Numbered from the stretch's first letter, positions 20,423 through 30,206 are shown. The stretch is DNA of 64,000 nt from an uncultured Dehalococcoidia bacterium (GCA_903929005.1 CAIYTC010000202.1:3080-67079), one strand, 5' to 3'. Translations and numbers: made by a program. The notes: generated from the letters alone by a model not told the origin.

Positions 20423-20566
20423 ATGGCAAACCAGCTTGGCAAGAGATTTAAGTGTGAAACATGCGGCTCCGAGGTGCTCTGCACCAAGGCCGGCGAGGGT
20501 ATAGTAATGTGCGACGGCAAGGAAATGGAGTTGCAGAAACCCAAGGCGCTGCCTTCGTCTGATTAA
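20423..20566 (+). CDS. Desulforedoxin-like paralog with altered Cys spacing (47 aa; CxxCx5C…C, the CC pair replaced by CD)
   Basis: 'MANQLGKRFKCETCGSEVLCTKAGEGIVMCDGKEMELQ'; RBS AGGAGAG 5 nt upstream; tandem with the first copy. Confidence 0.5.
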   Translation: MANQLGKRFKCETCGSEVLCTKAGEGIVMCDGKEMELQKPKALPSSD

Positions 20567-20589
20567 TAACGGCGAATACAAAAATGCCG

Positions 20590-20630
20590 TTGCGAGCCCG
20601 AAGGGCGCGGCAATCCCCGCCGCTTTTGAT
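20590..20630 (+). terminator. Hairpin + T-tract downstream of the desulforedoxin pair; the stem sequence is a short member of the dispersed repeat family
   Basis: 'gcgagcccgaagggcgcggcaatccccgccgcTTTTgatt' (stem gcggc/gccgc then TTTT); core 'cgttgcgagcccgaagggcgcggcaatc' matches the inverted arm of the repeat at 31394-31425. Confidence 0.35.
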
Positions 20631-20687
20631 TAAATTTCTTTTTGTGTGTATTATTAATGTGATATTTTATGTGATGAGGTTATCCCA

Positions 20688-20951
20688 ATGCGTGCGCACA
20701 TTATCCTTGATAACGAAATAGTTAAAGATATCGACAACCTGGTAGGCAAAAGGCGAAGGAGCCGCTTTATCGTGGAGGCGGTGTGCGCTAAATTGAGCCA
20801 GATGAAGCTTCTGATTGCCCTCAAAGAGACAGCCGGCATATTGTCAGGCGAAGATCATCCGGAGTGGAAAACATCCGAAGATGCAGCGAACTGGGTCAGG
20901 GACTCGCGTAAAGGAGACGACCGCCGCCTGAAGGGATTAAAGTTTGGCTAA
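20688..20951 (+). CDS. vapB: VapB-type antitoxin
   Basis: 87-aa ORF overlapping the downstream PIN-toxin gene by 8 nt; GAGGT RBS 7 nt upstream. Confidence 0.5.
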   Translation: MRAHIILDNEIVKDIDNLVGKRRRSRFIVEAVCAKLSQMKLLIALKETAGILSGEDHPEWKTSEDAANWVRDSRKGDDRRLKGLKFG

Positions 20952-21336
20952 ATATCTGCTGGATACAACTATACTGATAGAGCATCTGCGTGGAAAAAAG
21001 CCGGCTGTTAATTTTATCACTGGATTGATGCGGCATGGTCATCGATTGTGTGTCTGCTGTGTTAATATAGCCGAGTTATATTCGGGGCTAAGCCTTGAAC
21101 AGGGTGCTCAAGCAAAATTTCTAATCGATGCGCTGGACTATTGCGATGCAACGCCTGACGCGGCCATGCAGGCGGGTATTTACCGGTATGAATTTGCCCG
21201 CCGGGGCATCAGCCTCTCAGTAACCGATACGCTTGTCGCTGCCATAGCTAAGGCCAACGATGCAATTATCGTGACTGCCAACATCAGGCATTACCCGATG
21301 AAAGATATACAGGCGCAACAATATCCAACCGGCTAA
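20944..21336 (+). CDS. vapC: VapC PIN-domain toxin
   Basis: 'LLDTTILIEHL' N-terminal Asp, 'SVTDTLVAAIA', 'IVTAN.RHY' PIN acidic residues. Confidence 0.7.
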   Translation: MAKYLLDTTILIEHLRGKKPAVNFITGLMRHGHRLCVCCVNIAELYSGLSLEQGAQAKFLIDALDYCDATPDAAMQAGIYRYEFARRGISLSVTDTLVAAIAKANDAIIVTANIRHYPMKDIQAQQYPTG

Positions 21337-21390
21337 GATTGCTTCGCTACGCTCGCAACGACAGTTCAATACCAATATAATTAGGACACT

Positions 21391-23817
21391 ATGTCCCCTT
21401 CCTCAGCATATACCTCGCCGCTGTCCGGCCTGCGCGTCCTCGACCTGACCGATGAGAAGGCTGCTTTTTGTTCGAAGCTACTGGCCGGCCTGGGCGCCGA
21501 AGTGGTCAAAGTTGAACCGCCGGGCGGCTGCCCCTCAAGGCTAACCGGCCCTTTTGTAAATCATCAGCCCGGCGCAGATGGCAGCCTTTCTTTCTGGTAC
21601 GAGAATTCAGGGAAGTCCGGTATCACACTGGACCTGGAAAATAATCAGGACAAGAAAAAACTTTTTGACTTAGTTGCATCCAGCGACGCGTTAGTAGAAT
21701 CTTTCCGGCCCGGCTACCTTGCCGGCATAAATCTCGGCTACAGCGAGCTTTCGGCGGCCAACCCCGGGCTGGTGATGGCATCGGTGACCGGCTTCGGGCA
21801 GTCAGGGCCTTACGCACACTATAAATCCAGCGCGCTCGTCGCCGCGGCCAGCGGCGGGCAGATGTATGTCTGCGGCCACGCTGATAAACCGCCTCTTAAA
21901 CCTTATGGAAGCCAGCCGTATTACCTGGCCTCGCTGTTCGCAGCTACAGGCATCCTGCTGGCTTTGCGCCGGCGCAGCAGTACCGGGAAAGGACAGCATA
22001 TTGACATCTCCTTGCAGGAAGTTACCGCAGCCGCGCTGGAGCACGTGCTGGTGCAGTATTTCTACGGGAATGAGGCGCCCTGCCGGCAGGGTAGCCTGCA
22101 ATGGAACGCTGCGGCAGACCTCTTCCCCTGCCGCGACGGCAACGTGCTGCTGACCTTCGGGCGGGAATGGGACACGCTGGTGGAACTGCTCGGCAGCAGT
22201 GGTATGGCGACCGGCCTGGCGCACCATGCCTGGCGTGGCGCGGATTTCCGCCGGCAGCATATCGGCAAGATACAGGAGATCATAAGCTCCTGGACATGCC
22301 TGCAGGATAGCGGGGAGGTCTTCCGGCTGGGCCAGGATATGCGCTTCCCCTGGGCGGCGGTTAACTCCGTAGAGGACGTATTCAATAATGAGCAACTCAG
22401 GGCGCGAGGATATTTTGTGAAGGCGGAGCACCTGCTGAAGCAGGGAGGGTTCAAAGTCCCGCGGCCCGTCATCAATTTTGCGGACGCGGGCGCACCTGAA
22501 GGTACGCCCCTGCGTTACCAAAAATGTCGTTGCGAGGGTGAGCCGAAGCTGCGAGCCGAAGGCGTGGCAGTCAGCGACGAAGCAATCTGTAGGGGCGGGT
22601 TTTCAAACCCGCCCGAAAACGCGGGATCACATGAAGGTACGCCCCTGCGTGGTGTGCGGGTGTTGGACTTCACCTGGATGCTGGCCGGACCCTATGCCAC
22701 CCGTCTGCTGGCCGACTTCGGGGCGGAGGTCATTAAAGTGCAGTCGAAGCTCACCGCCAGCGGCGCCGAGCAAAATGACACAGGCTATTTTGCCAACTGG
22801 AACCGCAACAAGTTGAGCATCACGCTGGATTTGAGCAGGGCTGAAGCGCGGCAAACCGTGCTGGATCTGGTTGAGAAGTGCGATGTGGTCATGGAGAATT
22901 TCACCCCGCGCGTGATGGAGGGCTGGGGATTGGGTTATAGTGATTTGAAGCGGGTCAAGCCCGATATCGTAATGGTCAGCCTTTCAGGTTTCGGGCGTAC
23001 TGGCCCATGGCGCAACTATGCCGCCCTGGGTCCGACCGTGCAGGCGCTGTCCGGCCTCACGCTGTTGACCTCCTATGATGATGGACGGCCGGTCGGCATC
23101 GGCTTTGCCTATGCCGACCACCTTTCCGGCCTTTACGCGGCGCTGGCAGCCCTTGCAGCCCTGCGGCGCAGGGATAAGACGGGTCAAGGCGCATACGTTG
23201 AGATTTCAGAGCTTGAGGCGGCCTGCAGTACGCTGGGCCCGGCGTTGCTGGACTATTCTGTCAACGGGCGCGAGGCGGGACCCGCGGGCAATAAGGCTGA
23301 ATGGGGGCAGGCTGCCCCCCACGGCTGCTACCGCTGCAAAGGCGATGACCGCTGGTGCGTTATCGCCGTTTTCTCGGAAGACGAGTGGCAATCGCTGTGT
23401 AATGTCATGGGGCAGCCCCAATGGGCGTTGCAGGATAAGTTCTCCTCCGTCCGGTCACGCCTTGAGAATGCGAATGAGCTGGACATATTGATTGAAACAT
23501 GGACGGTAAATTACACACCCCGGGAGGTGATGGGAATGCTGCAGGCAGCCGGCGTCCCGGCCGCGGCGGTCAACGATGCCCGGGACCTGGCAAGTGACCC
23601 TCAGTTGTGTGACAGGGGCCTCTTCGTCGAACAGCAGCACCCGCTGCTGGGTATGATTAAGGCCGACGGCAACCCTATCAGGCTGAGCGCAACCCCGCCT
23701 CAATACAACAAAGCGGCGCCCCTGCTGGGCGAGGATAACCGGCATGTGTTCATCGATATGCTGGGGATGGAAAAAGAAAAGTTCAAAAGGTACGTGGCGG
23801 AGGGGATAATAGCCTAA
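21391..23817 (+). CDS. Tandem-domain family III (CaiB/BaiF) CoA-transferase, 808 aa, with an in-frame repeat-element insertion in the interdomain linker
   Basis: Two CaiB N-terminal signatures: 'LSGLRVLDLTDEKAAFCSKLLAGLGAEVVKVEPPGG' and 'LRGVRVLDFTWMLAGPYATRLLADFGAEVIKVQS'. Confidence 0.75.
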   Translation: MSPSSAYTSPLSGLRVLDLTDEKAAFCSKLLAGLGAEVVKVEPPGGCPSRLTGPFVNHQPGADGSLSFWYENSGKSGITLDLENNQDKKKLFDLVASSDALVESFRPGYLAGINLGYSELSAANPGLVMASVTGFGQSGPYAHYKSSALVAAASGGQMYVCGHADKPPLKPYGSQPYYLASLFAATGILLALRRRSSTGKGQHIDISLQEVTAAALEHVLVQYFYGNEAPCRQGSLQWNAAADLFPCRDGNVLLTFGREWDTLVELLGSSGMATGLAHHAWRGADFRRQHIGKIQEIISSWTCLQDSGEVFRLGQDMRFPWAAVNSVEDVFNNEQLRARGYFVKAEHLLKQGGFKVPRPVINFADAGAPEGTPLRYQKCRCEGEPKLRAEGVAVSDEAICRGGFSNPPENAGSHEGTPLRGVRVLDFTWMLAGPYATRLLADFGAEVIKVQSKLTASGAEQNDTGYFANWNRNKLSITLDLSRAEARQTVLDLVEKCDVVMENFTPRVMEGWGLGYSDLKRVKPDIVMVSLSGFGRTGPWRNYAALGPTVQALSGLTLLTSYDDGRPVGIGFAYADHLSGLYAALAALAALRRRDKTGQGAYVEISELEAACSTLGPALLDYSVNGREAGPAGNKAEWGQAAPHGCYRCKGDDRWCVIAVFSEDEWQSLCNVMGQPQWALQDKFSSVRSRLENANELDILIETWTVNYTPREVMGMLQAAGVPAAAVNDARDLASDPQLCDRGLFVEQQHPLLGMIKADGNPIRLSATPPQYNKAAPLLGEDNRHVFIDMLGMEKEKFKRYVAEGIIA
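22516..22631. mobile_element. MITE-like palindromic repeat copy inserted in-frame inside the CoA-transferase CDS, flanked by a perfect 19-bp direct duplication
   Basis: 'tgaaggtacgcccctgcgt' at 22497-22515 and 22632-22650; interior 'tgtcgttgcgagggtgagccgaagctgcgagccgaaggcgtggcagtcagcgacgaagcaatct' matches the copies at 47924-48019 and 60433-60568; insertion + one duplication = 135 bp (45 codons). Confidence 0.6.
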
Positions 23818-25367
23818 ATGGCTTCGCTGTAGACCACTTCCCCTGCCAGGGTGGTCATCTCGACCTTGAGATGTTTTATCTCTTCGGGATCGACCTGCAG
23901 CGGGTCCCCGTTCAATGCTATCAGATCAGCCCATTTGCCCTTCTGTATGCTGCCGGTTTGCCTCTCGCGGAAGCATGAGTAGGCGGCGTTTATTGTATAG
24001 AGCTTCAGCGCGTCCAATACGGAAATGGCCTCGTCCGGCACGACCGCCTGTCCTGTCCGGGCGCGGCGTGTGACGGCGGCATAAATGCCCTTGAGTGGGT
24101 CCGGGTTGGCCACCGGCGCGTCCGAGCCCGCTGCTACCCTGACGCCAGCCCTCAGCATTGTATTGATAGCATAGAGATGTTTGAGTTGACCCGGCGGGAC
24201 GGTGTCTATGTATCTTTCCCCGCTGTAATAAATGAAGGCCGGGTTGGTGACCACACCCGCTCCCAACCGCGCCAGCCTGCGCGCCATGGCAGGCGCGCAG
24301 GCCGAGCAGTGCTCGATGCGGTGCCGGCTGTCTTTGCGCGGCCGTTGTTTCATTGCCTGTTCTATGGCTGTGATGGCAGCGTCAATAGTAGCCTCCTCCA
24401 CGGCATGGATGGCCACCTGTTGACCACGTCCGTGTATCTCCAGCACCAGGCGGTTAAGCTCCGCCTGCGAAGGGTTGAGGCTGCCCCTGACCTCGTCCAG
24501 CATAATCTTGACCGCCCCGCTGCCTAATCCCGTTTCCTTAGCGTAAAACGGTTGTCTGCCCTGCAGGCTGTCGAGTTCCCCCGCGCCGAACATCATTACC
24601 ACACGCGGCGCGAAAAGCCCCTTCCTCTTCCATGCGATGAAGCGGTTCCAGCGCGCCATATCATTGCCCGGCGAGGCGTCCTGAGCCATGGTTATCCCCA
24701 GGCTCAGCAGGGTCCTGCCTGCCCGGGTAACGGCTGCGGCCATCTCCTCATCGCCAACCGGCGCTATCCTTTGCGCCAGGTAGCCGCCCATGCCGTAGAG
24801 CAGGCCGTTGGGCTCTCCCGTCACCGGATCGCGCTCGATCATGCCTCCCGGGGGTTCCTCGCTCTCGTTGCCGATACCTGCCAGTCGCAGGGCGGGGCTG
24901 TTGAGCACGTGCGCGTGGCCGCTGCGCTGCGTGAGCTTGACCGGGTGCGCCGTGGTTGCCCGGTCCAGGTCATGCCGCGTGGGGTGGCGTTTTTCCTCTA
25001 AGTAGAACTCGTTGTAGCCGGCGCATCTTATCCAGCTACCCGCCGGCAGGGCCGTTGCCGCCTCTTTTATCCTGCGTACGATATCCGCTATGGAGCACAC
25101 CGAAGTTGGGCCGACGTCGATATTGAGCAGGCTTTCGGCGTAGCCCTGCATGTGGCAATGGGCGTCGTGGAAGGCCGGGAGGACGGTTTTGCCCGCGCAA
25201 TCTATGACGCGTGTACCTGGACCGATTGCGGCGGGGTCGATGTCACGGCCGCTGACCTTCAAAATGCGCCCGCCCTGTATATAAATAGTGCGTGCCAGCG
25301 GGTGGCGTGGGTCAAGAGTGATGACGCTGGCGTTGCGCAGCGCCAGGTCGGCTTTAGTGTTGCCCAT
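23814..25367 (-). CDS. Amidohydrolase-3-family metal-dependent hydrolase
   Basis: 'VLPAFHDAHCHM' HxH metal site; 517 aa; stop codons overlap convergently with the CoA-transferase. Confidence 0.7.
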   Translation of the reverse strand: MGNTKADLALRNASVITLDPRHPLARTIYIQGGRILKVSGRDIDPAAIGPGTRVIDCAGKTVLPAFHDAHCHMQGYAESLLNIDVGPTSVCSIADIVRRIKEAATALPAGSWIRCAGYNEFYLEEKRHPTRHDLDRATTAHPVKLTQRSGHAHVLNSPALRLAGIGNESEEPPGGMIERDPVTGEPNGLLYGMGGYLAQRIAPVGDEEMAAAVTRAGRTLLSLGITMAQDASPGNDMARWNRFIAWKRKGLFAPRVVMMFGAGELDSLQGRQPFYAKETGLGSGAVKIMLDEVRGSLNPSQAELNRLVLEIHGRGQQVAIHAVEEATIDAAITAIEQAMKQRPRKDSRHRIEHCSACAPAMARRLARLGAGVVTNPAFIYYSGERYIDTVPPGQLKHLYAINTMLRAGVRVAAGSDAPVANPDPLKGIYAAVTRRARTGQAVVPDEAISVLDALKLYTINAAYSCFRERQTGSIQKGKWADLIALNGDPLQVDPEEIKHLKVEMTTLAGEVVYSEAI

Positions 25368-25947
25368 TCCGTATCCCCTGGAAATAGGCGTTCAGTCCGT
25401 CGTAAAAGGCGCGTGCGTTAGCGTCCAGGTCCGGCGGAGGCATCAGTTCTGCCTCGTCCGGGAAGTAGAGTTCCTCCTCACCGGTGGGCAATACGGGCAG
25501 CGCGGTGTCCGATTCGCCGTCCCAGCTTGCCGTGAAGGGCAGGCCGATGCTCCCTAATGGCGGGTCGATAGTGGCGTCCACCAACACGTAGCGGCCGTTG
25601 AGTTCCACCTTGCAGGCCAGGTGGTTGACCGGCGCCATTTGTTGAGCCAGCTTCCAGAGGTCCGGCGGGTAGATCTCCTCGAATTCCGCCCAGCGGTAGG
25701 GGTAAACAGCGTAGAGCACGTCCAGTCCCAGCCTGCGGTACATCTGGCACATCAGCAGGTGCTTGGGCGTGCATGAGCCCATGTTAACCTCAAGGATGCG
25801 TAAGTATTCGGACGGGCTGTTAAGTTCAGGCAGCACGCCGTAGGGTATATCGCGTATTTTTTCGAAGACCGCTATCATCGCCGCCTTCCCCTTTTTCCCC
25901 GCCGTCCACTTGCGCAGCGTGCGGTCTACGATATCTTCTGCTGGCAT
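25354..25947 (-). CDS. Transglutaminase-like / papain-fold cysteine-peptidase-superfamily protein
   Basis: Ordered Cys ('GSCTPKHLLMCQ'), His ('VNHLAC') and Asp ('VLVDAT') consistent with a Cys-His-Asp triad. Confidence 0.4.
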   Translation of the reverse strand: MPAEDIVDRTLRKWTAGKKGKAAMIAVFEKIRDIPYGVLPELNSPSEYLRILEVNMGSCTPKHLLMCQMYRRLGLDVLYAVYPYRWAEFEEIYPPDLWKLAQQMAPVNHLACKVELNGRYVLVDATIDPPLGSIGLPFTASWDGESDTALPVLPTGEEELYFPDEAELMPPPDLDANARAFYDGLNAYFQGIRNGQH

Positions 25948-25993
25948 GGATGAGACTACTTTATTGTCCGGTCGTTGTGTCCTGCAAGCCCGG

Positions 25994-26353
25994 CTACATG
26001 AACACGTTATTGAAGGTCACGGCCAGCACTACAACCAGGAGCACCAGGGAAATGGCGTAGCCGGCTAATAGCCCCAGGCCGAAGGCCGTCCACAGCCCCT
26101 GTACCCTGGTGAATTGCTCTGCGCTCTGCCATTGCTTATTCTGCCAGGCCCACTGGCTGCCTTTGGCCCCCAGGATAAAGATCATTACCAGGTTTACCAC
26201 GGGGATGAGGCATAATAAGGCAATATAGGTCTTGTTTCCCAGTCCCCAGATCCAGCTCATCAGGAAAGCGCCCCAGTTCCATTGCTTGACTGCCGCCGGT
26301 ACTGCCATATCTGCCGCCGCATTAGCATCTTTGTTCATATCGGTCCCCTTCAT
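25994..26353 (-). CDS. Small membrane protein (DUF2628-like)
   Basis: 'WNWGAFL…WGLG…Y' N-terminal pattern plus two TM segments. Confidence 0.35.
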   Translation of the reverse strand: MKGTDMNKDANAAADMAVPAAVKQWNWGAFLMSWIWGLGNKTYIALLCLIPVVNLVMIFILGAKGSQWAWQNKQWQSAEQFTRVQGLWTAFGLGLLAGYAISLVLLVVVLAVTFNNVFM

Positions 26354-26368
26354 AATTCGTTATGCCGT

Positions 26369-27964
26369 TTACCATTTCTTCCACTGCCAGGAATCTACCG
26401 GGTCAAGCGGGTAAATGGGCCGGGAGATATTATTGTATTTGATGGAAAACACGTCGATATTGGTGGTGCCTGCGCTGACTACGTTGAAGGTCTTGCGGTT
26501 ATACTGCAGGAACCTGATACGGAAGGGAAAGAGGTTTTTGGCTACGACGATGTCGGCCTTCCACAAATCGAGTCCCAGGCTGGTGAAAAAGTCGGGGAAA
26601 TACGTCAGGGGTGGGAAGTCGGTTAAGATCAGGTGCACTCCTTTATGTTTGAGGACCACAACCTTGCCGGAGGACCTGATGGTCCCATCCCGGCCCTCGC
26701 CATTGAATATAACCTGCCCGGTGAATTCAAACGGCTTGTTATATATTTTATCCAGTTTGCCGCCGACCGGTAGTGTGACAGTCTGATTTAACGGCACGTC
26801 CCAGAGTTCGTTGACCGCCTGGCTGTCCCTGACCGGAATATATGAAACGAGGTCGGGACCTTCTTCGACCAGGGCCTTGAGTATCCAGGTATTCTCACCC
26901 GGGCTGCCCGTGCCGACGGTATCCGACAGGTCGCAGAACATGGTTGTCCCGGTTAACCTTTCTAACCAGCTATCGCGGGCGGCCTTCACCGCTTCGGATG
27001 GTGAATATAATTTCTGCGTGAGTTTGAAATCGCGCACCGCCCAGTCAAGGCCGGCGATTTCATCCGCCAGTTTATCGGCCAGCGCCTTATCGTTGTCCGT
27101 CACAGCCACTGTGGCCCAACTGAGTTCAGGTTCGTCCATGAAGATATGCACCATGAAGTTCGACACACTGAGGACGCCCGGCATTTTCCCCATTTCCTGC
27201 ATGCGGTTGAAGACGCTGTCCATGGGGGCGAGGAAATCCAGGTTCGTGCCTCCACCCCGCAAAAGCCGCATTTTATTGACCGTCATGGTAGGGTGAATCT
27301 CACCCAGGACGGTCTTTACCAGGATTTTCCCGGCGGTGTAGCCGGTGGCGAAGAAGTCGCGGTGCGGGTTGGTGCTAAAGCCTACAATAAATGTGGCCAG
27401 TTTGGCTTTTTTCTCCGTAATATTGGCGTGCAGGTCATAGGAAGTGCCTATAGGCAGGCTCTCGCCGTATTCAGCCCTGATGGCCTGGAGCAGGTCTCCT
27501 TCAGGATCATACAGGCCTTCCACTCCCGACGCTCCGTGCAGCGAAAGATAGATGCCATCCAGCTTTTTAAGGCCACGCAGTCCTTCGAGCGACTCTGTTT
27601 TAAAGCGGTTATATACCTCCCTTTCGATGGGACCACCGGGGATCGCCATAGCTTGCATAATCGGGACAGCGGTTATCTTCCCCGCCCCGAAATCTTGGAC
27701 GGCGGCCAGGAAGCCCTCTGCCTGGCCCTGCCCTTTGATGCCGGCAGATAGCATATCCTCGCCGTATCTAACACGAAAATCAGCCAGTGTGGTTTTAACC
27801 GGTGAAAACACATTTTGTTCGTGGAAGATATCTATGACGGCGATGGTCTTTTCGGTCGCAGGGAGAGAAGCGGCGGTTTTTTCCGAAGTAGCCGCGGCCT
27901 GGCCGCAGCCGGCGGGCAAGAGGGAAACCAGTATCAATGCAAATCCAAGAAACTTCCTGAGCAT
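26369..27964 (-). CDS. Lipoprotein, probable M81-family (MlrC-like) metallopeptidase
   Basis: Lipobox 'LLPAGCG'; mature N-terminus 'IAVIDIFHEQNVFSP' resembles the MlrC/DUF1485 'IAIAGFxHETNTFSP' motif. Confidence 0.45.
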   Translation of the reverse strand: MLRKFLGFALILVSLLPAGCGQAAATSEKTAASLPATEKTIAVIDIFHEQNVFSPVKTTLADFRVRYGEDMLSAGIKGQGQAEGFLAAVQDFGAGKITAVPIMQAMAIPGGPIEREVYNRFKTESLEGLRGLKKLDGIYLSLHGASGVEGLYDPEGDLLQAIRAEYGESLPIGTSYDLHANITEKKAKLATFIVGFSTNPHRDFFATGYTAGKILVKTVLGEIHPTMTVNKMRLLRGGGTNLDFLAPMDSVFNRMQEMGKMPGVLSVSNFMVHIFMDEPELSWATVAVTDNDKALADKLADEIAGLDWAVRDFKLTQKLYSPSEAVKAARDSWLERLTGTTMFCDLSDTVGTGSPGENTWILKALVEEGPDLVSYIPVRDSQAVNELWDVPLNQTVTLPVGGKLDKIYNKPFEFTGQVIFNGEGRDGTIRSSGKVVVLKHKGVHLILTDFPPLTYFPDFFTSLGLDLWKADIVVAKNLFPFRIRFLQYNRKTFNVVSAGTTNIDVFSIKYNNISRPIYPLDPVDSWQWKKW

Positions 27965-28242
27965 GGCCGGGACTCCTTTAGGCGAGTTAGTTATTAAAAG
28001 GGGTTTAATCAGTAAGGATAGTATCCTTTTGCCACACGGCTGTCAACGGCCATTCCGAGACACAAAAATCAAAACGGTCATAATTCAAGGTTTAACGGAT
28101 TAAAAAGGTGCAGGCCAGCCGCTTACCGGGCACTATGATGATATGGCGTCGAAATGGCTGAACAGTAGGGTACCGGACCATGTTTGTCCAGAAAGCAGGC
28201 GTTGTTAAACAGAGCAAGGCTTTAGTGAGGCTTGAACCCGCT

Positions 28243-28914
28243 TCACCCCGGCCCTAATTTATATTGCGGAATATCCAGCAGGTAGTACCCCTCGCGCTCA
28301 TAAGCCTGGCTTTCCAATAACTCTATTCTCTGCTTAAACAGCGGTCCGTCCACCACCAGTGTATGGTACTCGCCGTTCTCCCCGCAGGGATCGATGCCTT
28401 TATCTGCCAGGTACTGCATGAACTCACTGTCCACCGTGCGGCCCAGCCATTGCTGCTCGATTAGCTCAGCTTTAGCGCAAATGATGACAGATTTAAAGCC
28501 CAGGCCGATAAATTGCGCCAGCAACTCAGCGGTATCCCTGCCCCACAGCGGTTCCAGCGCCTCAATGCCGATCTCTCCGCAGACCCGTTCTACCCATTCG
28601 CGGTGCGGGTCCAGGTAGATATCACCGAAGACCATGCCCCTGAGTCCATCCGGTTTCAGTTCGCTTACGCCGGCTTTGAAGTCCCTCTCGTATTCCTCCC
28701 AGGAGGTCACCTTCTGAAAGAGGGGGATGCCCAGCGCCTGGCTCTGCAGGTGGATCAACCTGGCGTCGGTACCGTGGAAGCGTACCTTCTGCGGATTGTC
28801 CGAGATAAAATTGACAATATGCGATATCTTCAGCCGCCTGTTCAGCGCCTCATAGAGGGCCATGCAGCTATCTTTGCCGCCGCTCCAGGAAACGGCGTAA
28901 GTCCCATCGTGCAT
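28243..28914 (-). CDS. Dph6-related PP-loop ATP pyrophosphatase (DUF71/MJ0570 family)
   Basis: PP-loop 'AVSWSGGKDSCMAL' at the N-terminus; 223 aa. Confidence 0.65.
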   Translation of the reverse strand: MHDGTYAVSWSGGKDSCMALYEALNRRLKISHIVNFISDNPQKVRFHGTDARLIHLQSQALGIPLFQKVTSWEEYERDFKAGVSELKPDGLRGMVFGDIYLDPHREWVERVCGEIGIEALEPLWGRDTAELLAQFIGLGFKSVIICAKAELIEQQWLGRTVDSEFMQYLADKGIDPCGENGEYHTLVVDGPLFKQRIELLESQAYEREGYYLLDIPQYKLGPG

Positions 28915-29041
28915 GTTTAGCAGTTCAGCCTCCTGATGTTATTCGTAGCCGGCGGCGCTCAGCTTCATTTGTTGCCGGCCGCAACTGCATTGCCATAAGG
29001 CCCTGAACTGAAATGTGATCCTGGTGAAATTGTGTCCAGTC

Positions 29042-29917
29042 TCAGGGGTTCAGTCCAGGCGGGTCCTTTACCTTTTTCGCCACCACCAAACCGATGTATA
29101 GCATCCACAGTATCAGCCCGACGTGGAGCACGTCATTGGCGGAAAACCAGATACCCTGATCCCAAAGTTTCTCTGTGTAACCGAGTCCAAAGTAAAGGAA
29201 GTACGCCCCCATAACGGCGCCTAAGAATAACCAGGTGATCATCAGGGCGAGGTCCATCTTCTCCCTGCGTTTGGCATACCTTATCGTGTTGATGATGAAA
29301 AAGATCACATAGCTTGGCCCGGTAAATAAGACCATAAGCTCAAAAGAAACCATGAACTTAGCGGGAATAAAAGCACCTGCCAAACAAATGATGAAATAAA
29401 GAGCTGTGTTCACCCCCGCGTAAACCGGCAGCACCCTTTTTAGGATCCCTTCGGCTGAAGAATAAGCCACCGCCATCATCATGGCGTTGATGCTGGCCGC
29501 CGTGAACAGGAGATAGTAGATCTCCCACCAACTGGTCCAGCGGCAGGCCTCCTGGCCGGCGCATTTAATTTCGTAGCTGAAAGCTTGGTAACTGGTGCCG
29601 GCCAGAAGGGCCCCGGCGCCCCATAACAGCAGGGCGATGCCCCACCACAGGCGGGACCTTTGATTTTCCCTGGTCCGCAAAAAGTAGAAACCAATAACAA
29701 TAGTTAAAATGCCCAGGAAGTAGATAAGAAAGGATGAAGTAGGTTGCATGAGAATAAATTTTAACGGACCCAGGGATACATCCACATAGGGCTGGATTTT
29801 CAACCAGTTTTGCGGGGTCTGCTCCGGACAGCAGTACGGTATGGTGCTCAAACGATCGCAACCGGATAAAATTAATAAAGATAAAAACGACAGGGGGAAG
29901 ACCTTTTTAATACTCAT
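29042..29917 (-). CDS. Polytopic membrane lipoprotein, unknown function
   Basis: Lipobox 'LLILSGCD' followed by ~7 hydrophobic segments. Confidence 0.4.
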   Translation of the reverse strand: MSIKKVFPLSFLSLLILSGCDRLSTIPYCCPEQTPQNWLKIQPYVDVSLGPLKFILMQPTSSFLIYFLGILTIVIGFYFLRTRENQRSRLWWGIALLLWGAGALLAGTSYQAFSYEIKCAGQEACRWTSWWEIYYLLFTAASINAMMMAVAYSSAEGILKRVLPVYAGVNTALYFIICLAGAFIPAKFMVSFELMVLFTGPSYVIFFIINTIRYAKRREKMDLALMITWLFLGAVMGAYFLYFGLGYTEKLWDQGIWFSANDVLHVGLILWMLYIGLVVAKKVKDPPGLNP

Positions 29918-30206
29918 TCTAAGCCCTTTTTCTCTTCATTCTATTTTTTGAAAGGGGTACTCCGTTTCAACTTGCAATCAAGAGGTCATCATCCATCCTG
30001 GGACTTCGGCAATGATAATACCACCTTGCCAGGCGTCTATCAACAACCATTCAGGGCTTTTAGCCACTGCTGAACGTAAACAACTTATAACGTTGTGCCG
30101 CAAGGTACGCGATGCTTCGGTTAAAAACAACGGCGGAAACCCCGACATCGTCGGAGCCATATTAATGAAATTCAGCGGGACCGGACTCTAAAAGGCTGAC
30201 ATCAAC

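Noticed and set aside
19343-20581. 412-aa minus-strand ORF spanning CoA-transferase B and the desulforedoxin pair
   Set aside because: Antisense to two strongly supported genes and no domain signal. It would also erase the RBS-preceded mini-genes.
20688-21336. Mobile element/prophage context for vapBC
   Set aside because: No integrase, transposase or phage genes are nearby. It is treated as a chromosomal TA pair.
21391-23817. Two separate CaiB genes mis-joined by a frameshift
   Set aside because: The reading frame is continuous through the insertion, which is 135 bp (45 codons) including one duplication copy. The 19-bp flanking duplication supports a single-site insertion into an already fused gene.
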